Below, piece by piece: positions 10,937 to 22,441 of a stretch of 61,630 nucleotides of DNA. The position numbers and the translations under genes were made by a program. Every line of letters begins with the position of its first letter. Position 1 is the stretch's first letter. The notes beneath the pieces are model-generated. The model saw only the letters and a program-made list of their open reading frames with translations, did not search any database and was not told the origin of the DNA. The stretch covers positions 62,001 through 123,630 of the forward strand of contig BAAIJX010000061.1 in the NCBI GenBank assembly GCA_054600435.1. Direction: 5' to 3'. This DNA is from Neophaeotheca triangularis (lineage: Eukaryota).

Positions 10937-11223
10937 GTTGGCTGATGTGCTTGGGATAGGGAGGGAGGGGGTGGTAGGAGGATGTTCTTGGGAAACCCGA
11001 CATGTCGTCGCGATTCCGGGTATTGCCGCCAAACCCGAATCCGAGTAGTTCAGCTAGCTGCATTCGGCGACGTGTGTCGACTTCATCTTCAATAATAATG
11101 CGACAGCGACAGCGTGATGTGCTGTATATGTTAACTGGCTTCACTTCTGCAAATGCGCGCTACAGACTGTAAGCGCGATGCAGCTTAACAGGAAGCATTT
11201 GTCCTGTTGTGACCGCTGGAAGC

Positions 11224-14200
11224 ATGGAAGCCTCCGAGAGCTCCAAGGTAACAGGTGTGTTTCCGCATTTCCCAATCCTTTCAAATAGTACAATCCCGAG
11301 AAACTTACAACATCACCCAGTCGAGTACCATGACCCATCTGGAGTCTTTCCCCTCGTATCCCGTGATCTAGCTCATAGGTTGCCCCTCCGAAATCTCAAC
11401 TGGCAGTCTCCGTCTAGACCTTTGCGCCAGATTAAAACGCTTCATGTAGACTTCATCCCGGATAAACACACCTCTTCCTCGCTACGGCCGCCTGCACACC
11501 GAGTAGACTCGACCGGCCCGAACAGTGTCGATATTGTCAGAGGTGGAGAGGATCCTCGCAGACAGGCATTCAAGGAACGGAGACATCAGATTCCCGGGCT
11601 CAAGACCAGCCCGTACCTTAAAGTATATCTCTTACGATGCGATGACAAGGATGCTTATAAGTCGACTGAACGGCAGAAGCTCAGAGAGTGGATTCGGGAT
11701 AATGCACCTGCCGAGGGCAAGCGGGAAAAGCATGATGCGTTTGAGTGGCTGGTGATTCACGTTGTTATTCCGGATACGATTGCTTCGAGTGAGCCACGAT
11801 GGCGGGAGACAAAGGACGACGATGAGCTCAAAGAGCGGCCGAAGAGTAGTGCCAAATGGCCGGGCAAAAGTACGAGAACTGTCTTTGACAAATTGCGAGC
11901 GGACTTTAATGAGTCGAGTAAAACGGGTCCAGATCGAATTGCTCAGCTACGTCTTACCAAAGATCAGGTACCTCCGGATTTGCTGCCAACGCCTGCAGTC
12001 GCTCCTACGCTTGAAGAGACGCTACCTGAGCGGGAGAATGCTTGGGCGGATCTGGTGGCGAAGCTCAAGAATCTGATCCTAATCCCCTTTGATCTTCGCG
12101 TGAGACAGTATGAGGAAGACATTGCAGAACAAGATGCACGGAGAGCACTGCCTGGCTGGAACTTTTGCACTTTCTTCATTCATAAGGAAGGGTTGGCCAA
12201 GGCTCTGGAAAGTGTGGGCATGGTAGAAGACGCTCTCGCGTTGTACGACGAGCTCAGCGCAGGGCTTGAGAGCGTGCTGCGTGATCAAGCTGCTGGCAAG
12301 GCAGATGGCAGTGCGACGTCCTTTTCACCTCACACCGACGATATTGAAGAGAGGATACTGGGGGCGAAATCGACCAGCGGCGACGTCGCTCCAGCTGAGC
12401 GGAGCAGTAGAGATCACGGGCTCGGGCTCTTCGCCAAAGATTACAGGGAGCGCATAGTCATGAGCCAGATCTCAGTCTTTGACTTCTTCTGCTATCTCTT
12501 CGTTCGACAGAAGGCATTATTGCTTCGTCTGGCCAATGCGCAGGTCATTCGCCAGGATTTAGGCGGCAATTCCAACGAAGACTTGATGCTTATCGCGGAG
12601 GTGACACAGCGATCACTCGCATTCATTCATAGCAACGCCAGAATCCTGCGAGCAGACTTGGCGAGTGGGTACGATGACTCCTCCACCCTTCCCACAAGCA
12701 AGCCATTTGTTGATAGCATATATAGGTCACAAGACACTTTCACTCAGCAAGAAGCCCAAATCTCCACCGATTGTCTCGTCTCATCCTGGTGCCACGCCGT
12801 AGCTGGTCTCGTTCTCGACGAAACGACCACTTCCGCTCCAACTCTCGCCGAAGCTAATCGCGCCTCTGCTCTTGCAAAACTCACTGGCGGTTCCAATCAG
12901 TCAGGGTTTGGCTTCATCCAAGGCGCGGATGTCTACCCTCAGCGTTTCAGTAGTCTAAACAATAAGCGGCCTCCATCTCGTGCTACCGAGCTGAGGTCCC
13001 CGCCAGCAGGTCCGGATGATATGTTTAGCCCTCCGTCTAGCTCTGGCGGGGAAAGCGATCGAGGAAGTAAGGTTGTCTTGCCTGGCATGGTACAGCTGGC
13101 TGTGCACAGAGCGGAGCTGCTGGTTTTGAGAAGGAAGATGCTAGAATTGCTAGCGAGTCGAAGCGGCTGGGTTGCTGGGTGGGCTGGCCAGCGGAAAAGT
13201 CGCCTTGAAGAGAATAATGACGCCAATGTGAAGACTGCACCGCCAGACGACGACGAGACTCGTAAAGCTCCACCTCGCGACAGACTCCCACCATACCTCG
13301 CTCCATCTCTCGACTCCGAATCCTCTTTCCTAGACACATACGCAAAACTTAGCGATTCCGCCATCCGCCACTACCAACTGGCAAGCCACTTTAAATCTGC
13401 CGAAGCCATTCAAGGCGACCTCGCAGTCCTCAAAATACAACAAGGAGACTATGCAGCCGCTGCTACTTATTTCCAACAAGCACTCCCAACCTACGCCGCC
13501 GACGGCTGGAGCTTGGCCGAAGCTGAGGCGCTCAGTATGCATGCCAAGTGTCTGAAGGAGCTACGAGAGCGTAATGATTACGTCAGGACTGTGTTGGTTT
13601 TGCTGGGAAGGATCGCGAAGAGGAGGATGGAGAACCTGTGCGCTGGAAAACGGCTCGCAGGTGGTGCTAAACCAGAGCTTCTTGATGCTAAAGGGTACCT
13701 TCCAGACCTTTTGGAATATTCGAAAAGTCTGCCGTATGAGATCACGTCTTCGCTGGGAGATTTCTTTGCCGACTTGCATGTCGATTGCACGGTTCGACAT
13801 TTGGGGGATAGAGATGGGTTCAAACTGGCTTTGAGCTTCCGTCATGTGCTCGACGATGATTTCGAGGTGGATCAGGTCAGCCTACGTCTGGCGAGGGTGG
13901 AAGATGCAAAGGATGAGCTGTGGCTGCACCGTGATGGGCCTGTCACAGTGATGAATGGCGTCGTAGAGCTCGAGTTGGAGTCTTCGGCATCCACATTCGG
14001 TGCCTTTCTCGTCGACAGCGTCATACTCAAGGCGAGAAAACTGCGCTTTGAACGAAAGTTTCAACCACCTGAACAGCCTGATGGCGCTGCTCTCGGTATC
14101 AGCTACGAAGAGCCAAAGACGGCGCCCCCTACCCAGGCACGATCTGTCGTCTTACTCTACCCTGATACTGGCGCTTTCGAAGCCGAGGTTGCACTGGCGA

Positions 14201-15735
14201 AGTCCATTCACATTGACAAGCCGCGCCATTTGCACATTACACTCCGCAGCGGACGCAACGACATTTCAAGTATTGAGTTGAGACTTAAACCCACATCCGC
14301 TGGCCTACGACTTCATCTCGGCGACGCCACAACACAACACGTTGACAAAGCAACATCAACGGGAAAGCGCGGCAAACCTGGAATGCTGGGTCAAATCAGC
14401 TTAGGCGCCTTATCGCCCAACTCGAATGGCACGGTAACTCTCCCTTATACAATAGAAACGAACGGACAGCCCATCTCCTTGCGATTGGAAGCGACTTACC
14501 ATACCCCCGCTGGCTCTTTTACTTTCACTCTTGCGAAGAAGCTCAGCTCGGAGCTCCCTCTCGACGTCGACGTCAACGATATTTTCCATCACGACGCTCT
14601 TTTTTCGAACTTTACGGTCAGACCTATGCATAGTACGCCTGTTCGTATTGTCGGTATTAGACTCAAAGACTCGGCGATGTATGCGGTCGAGACTCCACCC
14701 TGCACGGCTCACCCCGTGATGGTGTCGGAGGCACACCCCGCGAGGCTGGCGTATAAGCTTACGCGGAAAGCGGGTTCGGCTTCGACGTCGAAAAGGGATG
14801 CTGCGCTTGAGCTTATCGTTGACTATGTCGCTATTGACGATCTCGTTGCGGATGCCGTGTTGAGATCCTTTGGGATGGCTTTGAGTGGTAGCCATCTTGC
14901 CGGACTGGAAAGGCTGTTGATGCCAGTTCTAAGAGAGCGGTGTGGGCGGCATCTGACCCCAGCGGAAAGCCAAATGGCGATGCTCACCAACGAAGCCAAG
15001 GTACCGTCACACGAGGAAGTAGGCTGGCCTGAGATCCTCGACACTTTACCGGACAATTTGAAATTTGGTGCCGAGACCTGGCTTCGTCAATGGCATCAAG
15101 AGCATCCAAAACTCAACCTGAACAGCACCGAGCACTCTACCCAAGCGTGCAAGCGAATCACACTAACAGTTGACGTCCCGACCGTCGATTTTGTCAACAC
15201 AGCGACTCTCCGCCTCCTCGATATCGAAGATAAGCAGCCAACAGGCTCCACCATAACCACCTTGGGGCAACCCCTATCAGCTGAACTCACCGTACGCTCG
15301 ACTACAGCATGGAACGGCCCGAGCAAAGCCAAATCTCCCCAATCATTCACCCTGGACATCCAGCCATCCGATCCCGACTCCTGGCTCATCTCCGGACCCC
15401 GAAGGTCACGCTTCACTTACATTTCCGAAGACGACGAACCTCACATCACATCACTGACCCTGGTGCCGCTGAAACTCGGCGAGTTGGCTTTGCCGAATTT
15501 GGAGATCGCGCCCGTAACTGCTACGGAGGGTCCCGAGGGCAGTGGAGTGGAAGCCGAGGGCCCGAGTTGCGAGACGGATTACCGGAGTGCGGGCAGGGTT
15601 GTTACGGTCGTTAGGGATGAGAGGACGCGGAGGGTATGGGTGCCTGATATCGCTGGTGATGGTGGTGGGGAGAGAGAATCGGGGGAGAGAGATACAAATC
15701 GGAGGAGTAGGAGTAGGGCTGGGGTAGCTGGGTAG
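11224..15735 (+). CDS. TRS130: TRAPP II complex subunit Trs130/TRAPPC10 (TMEM1 family); probable in-frame introns 11255-11320 and 12669-12725
   Basis: VTVEYHDPSG...LPLRNLNWQSPSRPLR, KERRHQIPGL..SPYLKVYLLRCDD, R.LPGWNFCTFFIHKEGLA, C-terminal WLISGPRR...LVPLKLGEL.LP. Confidence 0.92.
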   Translation: MEASESSKVTGVFPHFPILSNSTIPRNLQHHPVEYHDPSGVFPLVSRDLAHRLPLRNLNWQSPSRPLRQIKTLHVDFIPDKHTSSSLRPPAHRVDSTGPNSVDIVRGGEDPRRQAFKERRHQIPGLKTSPYLKVYLLRCDDKDAYKSTERQKLREWIRDNAPAEGKREKHDAFEWLVIHVVIPDTIASSEPRWRETKDDDELKERPKSSAKWPGKSTRTVFDKLRADFNESSKTGPDRIAQLRLTKDQVPPDLLPTPAVAPTLEETLPERENAWADLVAKLKNLILIPFDLRVRQYEEDIAEQDARRALPGWNFCTFFIHKEGLAKALESVGMVEDALALYDELSAGLESVLRDQAAGKADGSATSFSPHTDDIEERILGAKSTSGDVAPAERSSRDHGLGLFAKDYRERIVMSQISVFDFFCYLFVRQKALLLRLANAQVIRQDLGGNSNEDLMLIAEVTQRSLAFIHSNARILRADLASGYDDSSTLPTSKPFVDSIYRSQDTFTQQEAQISTDCLVSSWCHAVAGLVLDETTTSAPTLAEANRASALAKLTGGSNQSGFGFIQGADVYPQRFSSLNNKRPPSRATELRSPPAGPDDMFSPPSSSGGESDRGSKVVLPGMVQLAVHRAELLVLRRKMLELLASRSGWVAGWAGQRKSRLEENNDANVKTAPPDDDETRKAPPRDRLPPYLAPSLDSESSFLDTYAKLSDSAIRHYQLASHFKSAEAIQGDLAVLKIQQGDYAAAATYFQQALPTYAADGWSLAEAEALSMHAKCLKELRERNDYVRTVLVLLGRIAKRRMENLCAGKRLAGGAKPELLDAKGYLPDLLEYSKSLPYEITSSLGDFFADLHVDCTVRHLGDRDGFKLALSFRHVLDDDFEVDQVSLRLARVEDAKDELWLHRDGPVTVMNGVVELELESSASTFGAFLVDSVILKARKLRFERKFQPPEQPDGAALGISYEEPKTAPPTQARSVVLLYPDTGAFEAEVALAKSIHIDKPRHLHITLRSGRNDISSIELRLKPTSAGLRLHLGDATTQHVDKATSTGKRGKPGMLGQISLGALSPNSNGTVTLPYTIETNGQPISLRLEATYHTPAGSFTFTLAKKLSSELPLDVDVNDIFHHDALFSNFTVRPMHSTPVRIVGIRLKDSAMYAVETPPCTAHPVMVSEAHPARLAYKLTRKAGSASTSKRDAALELIVDYVAIDDLVADAVLRSFGMALSGSHLAGLERLLMPVLRERCGRHLTPAESQMAMLTNEAKVPSHEEVGWPEILDTLPDNLKFGAETWLRQWHQEHPKLNLNSTEHSTQACKRITLTVDVPTVDFVNTATLRLLDIEDKQPTGSTITTLGQPLSAELTVRSTTAWNGPSKAKSPQSFTLDIQPSDPDSWLISGPRRSRFTYISEDDEPHITSLTLVPLKLGELALPNLEIAPVTATEGPEGSGVEAEGPSCETDYRSAGRVVTVVRDERTRRVWVPDIAGDGGGERESGERDTNRRSRSRAGVAG

Positions 15736-15929
15736 CTTGTACTATGCTGCGAGACCGTCTTTTGATGAGCCCCGGACGCCAATGTGGGTCCATTGGAGTT
15801 ATAACCGTTGCCGACAACCCAAGGCCTGTGAGATACGCACATGAACATCGAAGGTAACAACGCTGCTCACCGTCACAACTGCAGAACAGCCAGCAGGACA
15901 CTCCAGCCAAACCTCCACTTTGAAACTTT

Positions 15930-16520
15930 TCACTCCTCCTCAACTCTAACCCTAAACACCCTTACCCCGGGCGCCAACACTTTACGAACTCCGTCTCTCG
16001 CCGTAAACCTATGAATGTGGCAATCAGGCCCACCTAGGGAAATTTCGGGTTTTGTAGCGAAAGCCAGAGCGCGGGTTTCGCTTTCGAAAACCCGGTAGTG
16101 TTCCTTCCGACGATGGCTACCGGCTGGCAATGGATTAGGACTGCGGACGACTAGCCAGGCGTGGTGAAGAGAGTAATGTGGCCTGCGGACTCGTCGTTCT
16201 GAGCGTCCTCGCGAGCTGGCCTGCCGATGGTAGCTCTGACGGCTTGGATTGCGGCCTCTACGGTGGGTGTGATGATCGGAGCTGCGGCGTCGGGAGGTGT
16301 TATGGCTTTCTCTTTGGCTGTGATTACGACCGCGACTACGACCGCGACTAACACTGCGACGACGGCCGTCGGGGGTGTTAAAGTGTCGACACACGAAATT
16401 GCGGCGGCTACTGTTATGGCGATCGGTGTTGTGTCGACTGGAGTCGCGAGGATGGGAGTCAGGCCAGTAGTCTTGTCGAATGCCATGGAGAGCCGACTTG
16501 AAGAAACGACGGATCGGCAT
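15930..16520 (-). CDS. Hypothetical protein: Arg/Ser/His-rich N-terminus plus small C-terminal domain (copy 1 of a tandem triplet)
   Basis: ATG-initiated 196-aa ORF. The C-terminal motif WLVV...F.SE..AL...LAPG..V.RV.V is shared with the next two ORFs. Confidence 0.55.
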   Translation of the reverse strand: MPIRRFFKSALHGIRQDYWPDSHPRDSSRHNTDRHNSSRRNFVCRHFNTPDGRRRSVSRGRSRGRNHSQRESHNTSRRRSSDHHTHRRGRNPSRQSYHRQASSRGRSERRVRRPHYSLHHAWLVVRSPNPLPAGSHRRKEHYRVFESETRALAFATKPEISLGGPDCHIHRFTARDGVRKVLAPGVRVFRVRVEEE

Positions 16521-17084
16521 TGTTTCTCGAAGTTCGTATAATCTGTGGCTTCAGACAGGGTAGAATGGACGGCTTATCTTGTTTCTGCTGGTTAGTCTTC
16601 CACAAAGTCGTACTAGCGAGAGCTTGAGAGACAATTTGCCCCCCGACTTGTTGCTGTTTGGTTTGGGGATGATTTGTGGGCGTGTTCAGTGGGCATGTTC
16701 ATCGACCGGGCAATTGACTACATTATGTTTGTAGCCCAAAACGCCAAAATCGACCAAATGAGTGCGACTTATGTCGGCCTTACACTAAACCTTATCATCA
16801 TCGGTGACTTCAGCGACAAACGATCGGGAAGAGTGTGTCATTCTCAGGGAAGGCAGCATTGTGCAAGGAATGTTTTGTCCAGTATCCATACAATTCCTGA
16901 CACGGCACTCCTACGACTAGCCGCCTCATGGTCCGTCTCGCTCCTAGTAAACGTCGCCCTTTCCAATCCGATCGCGCCTCTTAGGCTCTTCCGTTCCTCT
17001 AGGTGCCAACTGACCACGCAAACGACCCATCCTAAGGTGCTCCCAACCACTCTGTATGGATCCTTTCTCCCCCTGTCACCGCCC

Positions 17085-17408
17085 CTACTCCAACCTGCAC
17101 TTATGCACAGTCGTATCCGCAGGAAGGAACCAAGGTAAACCCCATTTGTCGGTATAGTTTGATTCTTCCATCGGAGTCTCTATCGGAACACCACCCCCTT
17201 CCCTCAAAGCATCTTCCTCCTTCCCGAAGAAGCGACCATCTTCCACCCAGAACCACTGACCCGGGGCATTAACGTCGTCGTGAGATTCTGACTTTGTCAC
17301 CGCTAGCAGCCAGATCCAGTTTTCCTCGGGTGGTAGATTGTGTATTCGGATGGGGATAACATTAGACCAGCGCGTTTGCGATCTCATGCGGGTGGATTGC
17401 CTTTCCAT
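17085..17408 (-). CDS. Small hypothetical protein (copy 2 of the triplet)
   Basis: 107-aa ATG ORF with TATAAA about 50 nt upstream (near 17456-17461, minus strand) and motif WLL...FGKEEDAL...FLPA..VHK.RL. Confidence 0.55.
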   Translation of the reverse strand: MERQSTRMRSQTRWSNVIPIRIHNLPPEENWIWLLAVTKSESHDDVNAPGQWFWVEDGRFFGKEEDALREGGGVPIETPMEESNYTDKWGLPWFLPADTTVHKCRLE

Positions 17409-17904
17409 GACGGAGCACTTGGATGACCAGCTACCTCGCCGGGGGGCAGTGGTCCTTTATAACAACAACCCATGGCCATGAAAATACGGTCTGGCTTTTC
17501 TTCCGCCAATCAGCAATCATATAAGTCGTGTTCAAGATGCTAGCCTGCTAGGTAATGCTTGCTGTTCGATCAAGACGATCAATTGCGTCGGAAGCCGCTG
17601 AATCTTCCACTCATGATGCTTGCCGGCAGCTTCAAGCAGCAAGCTCGCTCTGGCATCTGCTATGATCGAGGCTGAGGTCTTGGGCGGACAGAGATCACAG
17701 TAATCGACACAGCGGACAGCGCAATATTTTCCATAACGAACAATCACTAGATCCCAACTTTGAGAACCTTTGAAAAATGCAACATTTGCTAGCAGACTCG
17801 AATCGATAAAGTGTCGCCATCGACTACGCTTGTATTTTCAAAGCAGCTTAGACTTCACCGCATTTCACTCCCCCTTTCAGTAGCACCGCCTCCACATCTC
17901 GAAT

Positions 17905-18231
17905 CTACAGCACCTTCCTCCGCACATCTCGTTCCCGTTGAGTAGTATCCGCACGCCTCCAAACGTCGTCCAATTGATCACCTGTACCATTCCGATTAAC
18001 CTGCAACTTCTGAATCTCAAAACCCGGCGGTATGTGGAAAGCGGTCGCCAAAGCATCGAAGTAGACTGTCCGGCTTCCCAAGGCGTTGCGTCCGAGTTGT
18101 TGGGCACGGCTGGCTGCCAAAGCGTCATCCTCGTTCGCGAAGATCTGGTAAGTATCGTAGTGGCCGCGATGGTTGACAAGAAGCCAGACTTCTTGCCCAT
18201 TGAGGTTCAAGGTATTCGTGAGCTTGTTCAT
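17905..18231 (-). CDS. Small hypothetical protein (copy 3 of the triplet)
   Basis: 108-aa ATG ORF in an ACATCATG context with TATAAG upstream (near 18316-18321, minus strand) and motif WLLV...FANEDDAL...HIPPG.EIQKL.V. Confidence 0.55.
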   Translation of the reverse strand: MNKLTNTLNLNGQEVWLLVNHRGHYDTYQIFANEDDALAASRAQQLGRNALGSRTVYFDALATAFHIPPGFEIQKLQVNRNGTGDQLDDVWRRADTTQRERDVRRKVL

Positions 18232-19046
18232 GATGTCGATGTCTTGAGGGCTAGAGTAGGTGTTTTGCAGTTGCGGGGGCTAATTCAAAAACGGCAGGGA
18301 GAGACTTTGCAGGCTCTTATAACCACATATGTCCACGTACGCATATTTGCGGACATCGTCTTTGCCGCTTAGGTAATGCCCTTTGCCTGTTTGGTATGCA
18401 TAACTGCTATCCACCAAACTCCAGCTGACTTGTCTTGGTGCTGGGGATCTGTGAGTCAACGCAATGGATGGGGATCAATTTTCGTCTTGTCAGAGATTGT
18501 TTCGAGTATCGGCGAGCTCACAAACACCCCGTTAGGAGGATCCCAGAGGGTAGCCCGCTCTATCGTCGTCTGTTCTGGCATCGTTTGCTCTGTCCTAAGC
18601 TATCAGTCTAGACACTATCAATATTAACAGCGATTATTGTCGCCGTTGTCTTCGGAGACTTTGCGCACTATATCAACGCATGACAGACTTGATAGCAGGA
18701 TTTGTGATATACTGAATGTGGTCACAATGTGGTGTAAACGAAGAAAGAGCACAAAACAGACGCGTAAAATGTCAACACATGAAGTACGCTGATCTCGGAA
18801 CTCTCGGAAAAGCTATTCAGAACTCTATTGACACGACGACTGATGTTGTCTCTCGACCAACCATTGCTTCCAATGTAGGAGTACGGCGAGACACTTAATC
18901 AAACAGCGTCGCAAATCGATGTACTGTTGAACAGAAAGGAGGTGGCTAATCTGTAGCGTCGCCACCGACCTCATGCACCCGGGACGGGATTGAGAACCTC
19001 GTTGAAAGCTCGTTAAACAAGACGAATCGGCTGGCCGTCTAAAGAG

Positions 19047-20373
19047 ATGGCAGACCGAACGGACAGCGCAGATGCTGCCACGGGCCCATCGACGAATGTG
19101 CAAACCAACGTACCACTCATCCAATCGAAACGACAACGAGGATGGCGACACATTGTCCGCAATTTCACCCCGTCATGGTTCTCGGTCAACATGGGAACAG
19201 GCATTACCTCCATCCTGCTCCACAACCTACCTTACAACGGTAGCTGGCTGCAATATATCTCTTACATCCTCTTCGCCCTGAATGTGCTCCTCTTTGTCGT
19301 GTTCTTGATCATCTCGATTCTACGCTACACCCTCTACCCTAGTATCTGGCTCCTGATGGTCCGCCACCCAGCGCAGAGTCTATTTCTAGGTACTTTTCCA
19401 ATGGGGCTCGCGACCATCATCAATATGATTGTATTCGTCTGCGTTCCCTCCTGGCAGGGCGAGTGGTGGAAAGTGGCCTGGGCGCTTTGGTGGATCGACA
19501 GCGCCATTGCCGTACTCTGCTGCTTCTATCTACCTTTCGTACTGTAAGCCGCACGCTTCCTCCCACCGCTCTACACCCTCTACACCCTATTAACTCATCC
19601 CAAGCATGGCCGACCACCGTCACAACTCCCTCGACACAATGACAGCCGCCTGGCTCCTCCCCATCGTCTCCACAATCGTCGCAGCAGCTACCGGAGGCCT
19701 AGTCGCCAGCATAATCCCGCACCCGCAATTAGCGCTCATCACTCTCCTCACCTCCTACGTCCTCTGGGGTAGCGGCGTACCCCTCGCCATGGTCGTGCTA
19801 GTAATCTACTTCCTTCGCCTCGCGACGCAAAGCCTCCCACCCAAAGCAGCCGCAGTCTCGACCTTTCTACCCCTGGGACCACTCGGGCAAGGCGGCTTCG
19901 GGATCATGCAGTTGGGTAAAGTGGCCATGGACGTCTTGCCGCGGACACAGACGCTGCCGGCGGTGGGGGCGTCCAACGCAGGAGAGATGCTATACGTCGC
20001 TGGCTTCTTCGTTGCCATCATCCTGTGGGGTTTCGGACTGGTGTGGTTGTGTTTTGCCGTCGCGACTATTGTGCGGTCGAAACGCTTCCCTTTTAATATG
20101 GGATGGTGGGGTTTTACGTTTCCTTTGGGCGTGTATGCGGTTTCCACCACGACGCTGGCACAGGAGATTCCGTCGGCGTTTTTCCGGGTTTTGGGGACGG
20201 TCTTCTCGGTTTCGGTGGCTTTGCTGTGGATTGTCGTTGCGGTTGGGACTTTGAAGAGGGCTTGGACGGGTGCGATATTTGTGGCGCCTTGTTTGAAGGA
20301 AGTTGAGGGGAGTGAGGGGAAGGCTAGGGAGGTTTTTGGAGGTGATGGGAGGGAGTCAAAGGAGAAAGACTAG
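19047..20373 (+). CDS. SSU1: Sulfite efflux pump / TDT (SLAC1, C4-dicarboxylate-malate) family transporter; intron 19544-19604
   Basis: IVRNFTPSWFSVNMGTGI, HPAQSLFLGTFPMGLATIINM, MTAAWLLPIV, STFLPLGPLGQGGFG, FPFNMGWWGFTFPLGV. Confidence 0.9.
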
Positions 20374-22441
20374 AATATGCGGATTTGTTGTCATATGAGT
20401 TGTATCGCTTCGGGACTGTTTGGTGTCAATTTCAGAGACTGGCATAGAATGTCGCGCAGTAGTAGGTGAACGCTTGACAAACTGCGTTGATCGCAGGGAA
20501 ATGGGTAGGCAAGCCTGTAGCATTTGCCAAGTACGCCTTCCGGCATCTATTGCTGACAGAGTAAGAAAAGTGTATTTTGGTGCTCGACAACGATCTGCAA
20601 CGTGCATCGATATACCAGAGGAGTGTGGTCGGAAGTATCACCTATTGCCTGCCCAGCAGTCTGGTAAGCCACCTCAACTCTCCGCTCCAAACCGCAGCCT
20701 AGTAACTGAAGACCAGACGGCCCGCATACCGCTGCCGCAAGCGAGGTGTAAGCTCGACCCGGTTGTCGTGCACCATACCGGAGAGACAGCTGAAAATCGA
20801 CGTGCGACTTGTACAGCTGACAGATCTTCCGATTGGGACTTTAGTGTACCGCCTAGCACTGCGAAGCGATAAGAGAGCTTCTGAGAGTAGCAGATGGCTG
20901 CGAAATTGGATCAGCGTGACAAGAAAGCTGGAGAAGAGCGAATGGGCTTGCGCTCTTCAGGTTTTAGCCAACACACGCATTGGCTGGCATGAGCTGCGAA
21001 TTTTGACAGCTGATCAAGTCCCTTGATCAAGACACACAGCCACCTTCGGCAGGCGGAGCGTGAAGGAGATGGTGAAGGTCTCTAGAGATGTCTTGCGGTC
21101 TTTACGTCGCGAGCCAGGGAGCTCAAGACGCAGAGTTGGATCCCAATCTTACCACTCTCTTTACAAAAGACTCAAGAGCTTTCAGGTAATCTCAGGAAGA
21201 CGATGATCGCGGTGCATGAGGATTCGATCGCATGCAATCCATGGGATGTTCGCGATTGGACTGCCTTGTGTCTAGCTAAGACTTAAGTTCGCAGCACTCT
21301 CACAACACAACAATCGGCATGAGAACCTTGTCGGCACGTTTCGCTTGCAGTAGTCTACACCGGCTATTCGTTTCTGACGTTTACTACAGCAAGGTACACT
21401 GTACAGCTTGTGATAGTATTGCATGCAAACGGACATATTTCGACAGTCTTCTCTCTTCGCTACTCTAGTGCACGTAGTGTGGAGCAGACGACATTCATTT
21501 CCGAGACAATTCCGCTTGACCTCGCTCCAAGAGTCATCTCGTCCAACTCGCCCAACTTTTGAGCATGACATGTGCAAGGATGATAGTTAGCCCAGCCTCT
21601 GCCTAGGTAGGATTTCCAGGAAACGAAACTGATCGAGTCAAGGAGAGTCGGTATGTAAAAGCCCGAAGTGGTGATGCTCGCCCCAATTTTTTAACCCCGA
21701 CTCGCAGCGAGGCGCCTAGTAATAAGGCTGCCCTGTAGATTGATATCATCAGACGAAATGCCGATTGACAAAATAAACTGAATTGCGGGCTCTTACTGAC
21801 TTGGTGCTAGGTTTATGGACCCATGTCGGGTCAATATTACCGCCATGACTCTGGGAAGCGAGCACATACCTAGGTAGCTAGTACTCCAGTAGTGCACATA
21901 TTAGCAGGTGACGTTGGCACGTTGTGAGGGACGTGGATGGCCCCGAGGTCGCGGGGAAGACATGGGGTGATAGGTCTCGCTCCCACCCGCACCCACGTCC
22001 CTAGGATTAGGATTAAGCCCCATTCTGCCCATTGACCCATCCATCTCTTGGCAGGTGGAGTTTTGCGGAGACCAGCCGGCAGCCGCGTGAGTCCAGCTTG
22101 GCGTACAACGGCTTCCAAACCAGTCAACGACAAGGGATTCCCACCACGAACCCCGCCTCTTGATTATTACTACTACTAAAACTATACCAACGTCGGATAT
22201 TGCTCCTGGATTGTTCCTGCATTTGAACATACTCCACCACTCTGACCATGATGCCCGGCCAACATCGCCATCGCCACCCGTTTTTTTTTTATTACTAGCC
22301 AACATGCAAGCGGCATGCAAGCGCCATGGCATTGCAGCAAGTAGGTCCTGTCCGCAGGTATAAGTAGACACTGCTGATCACCACCATTCCTCCCTTTTCT
22401 TCCTCACCTTCACCTCCATCCTCTCAATAACCCCCGTCAAG

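Noticed and set aside
20374..22441. Short ORFs in the 2-kb SSU1-GH93 intergenic region
   Set aside because: No codon bias or motifs; most likely promoter DNA of the GH93 gene.
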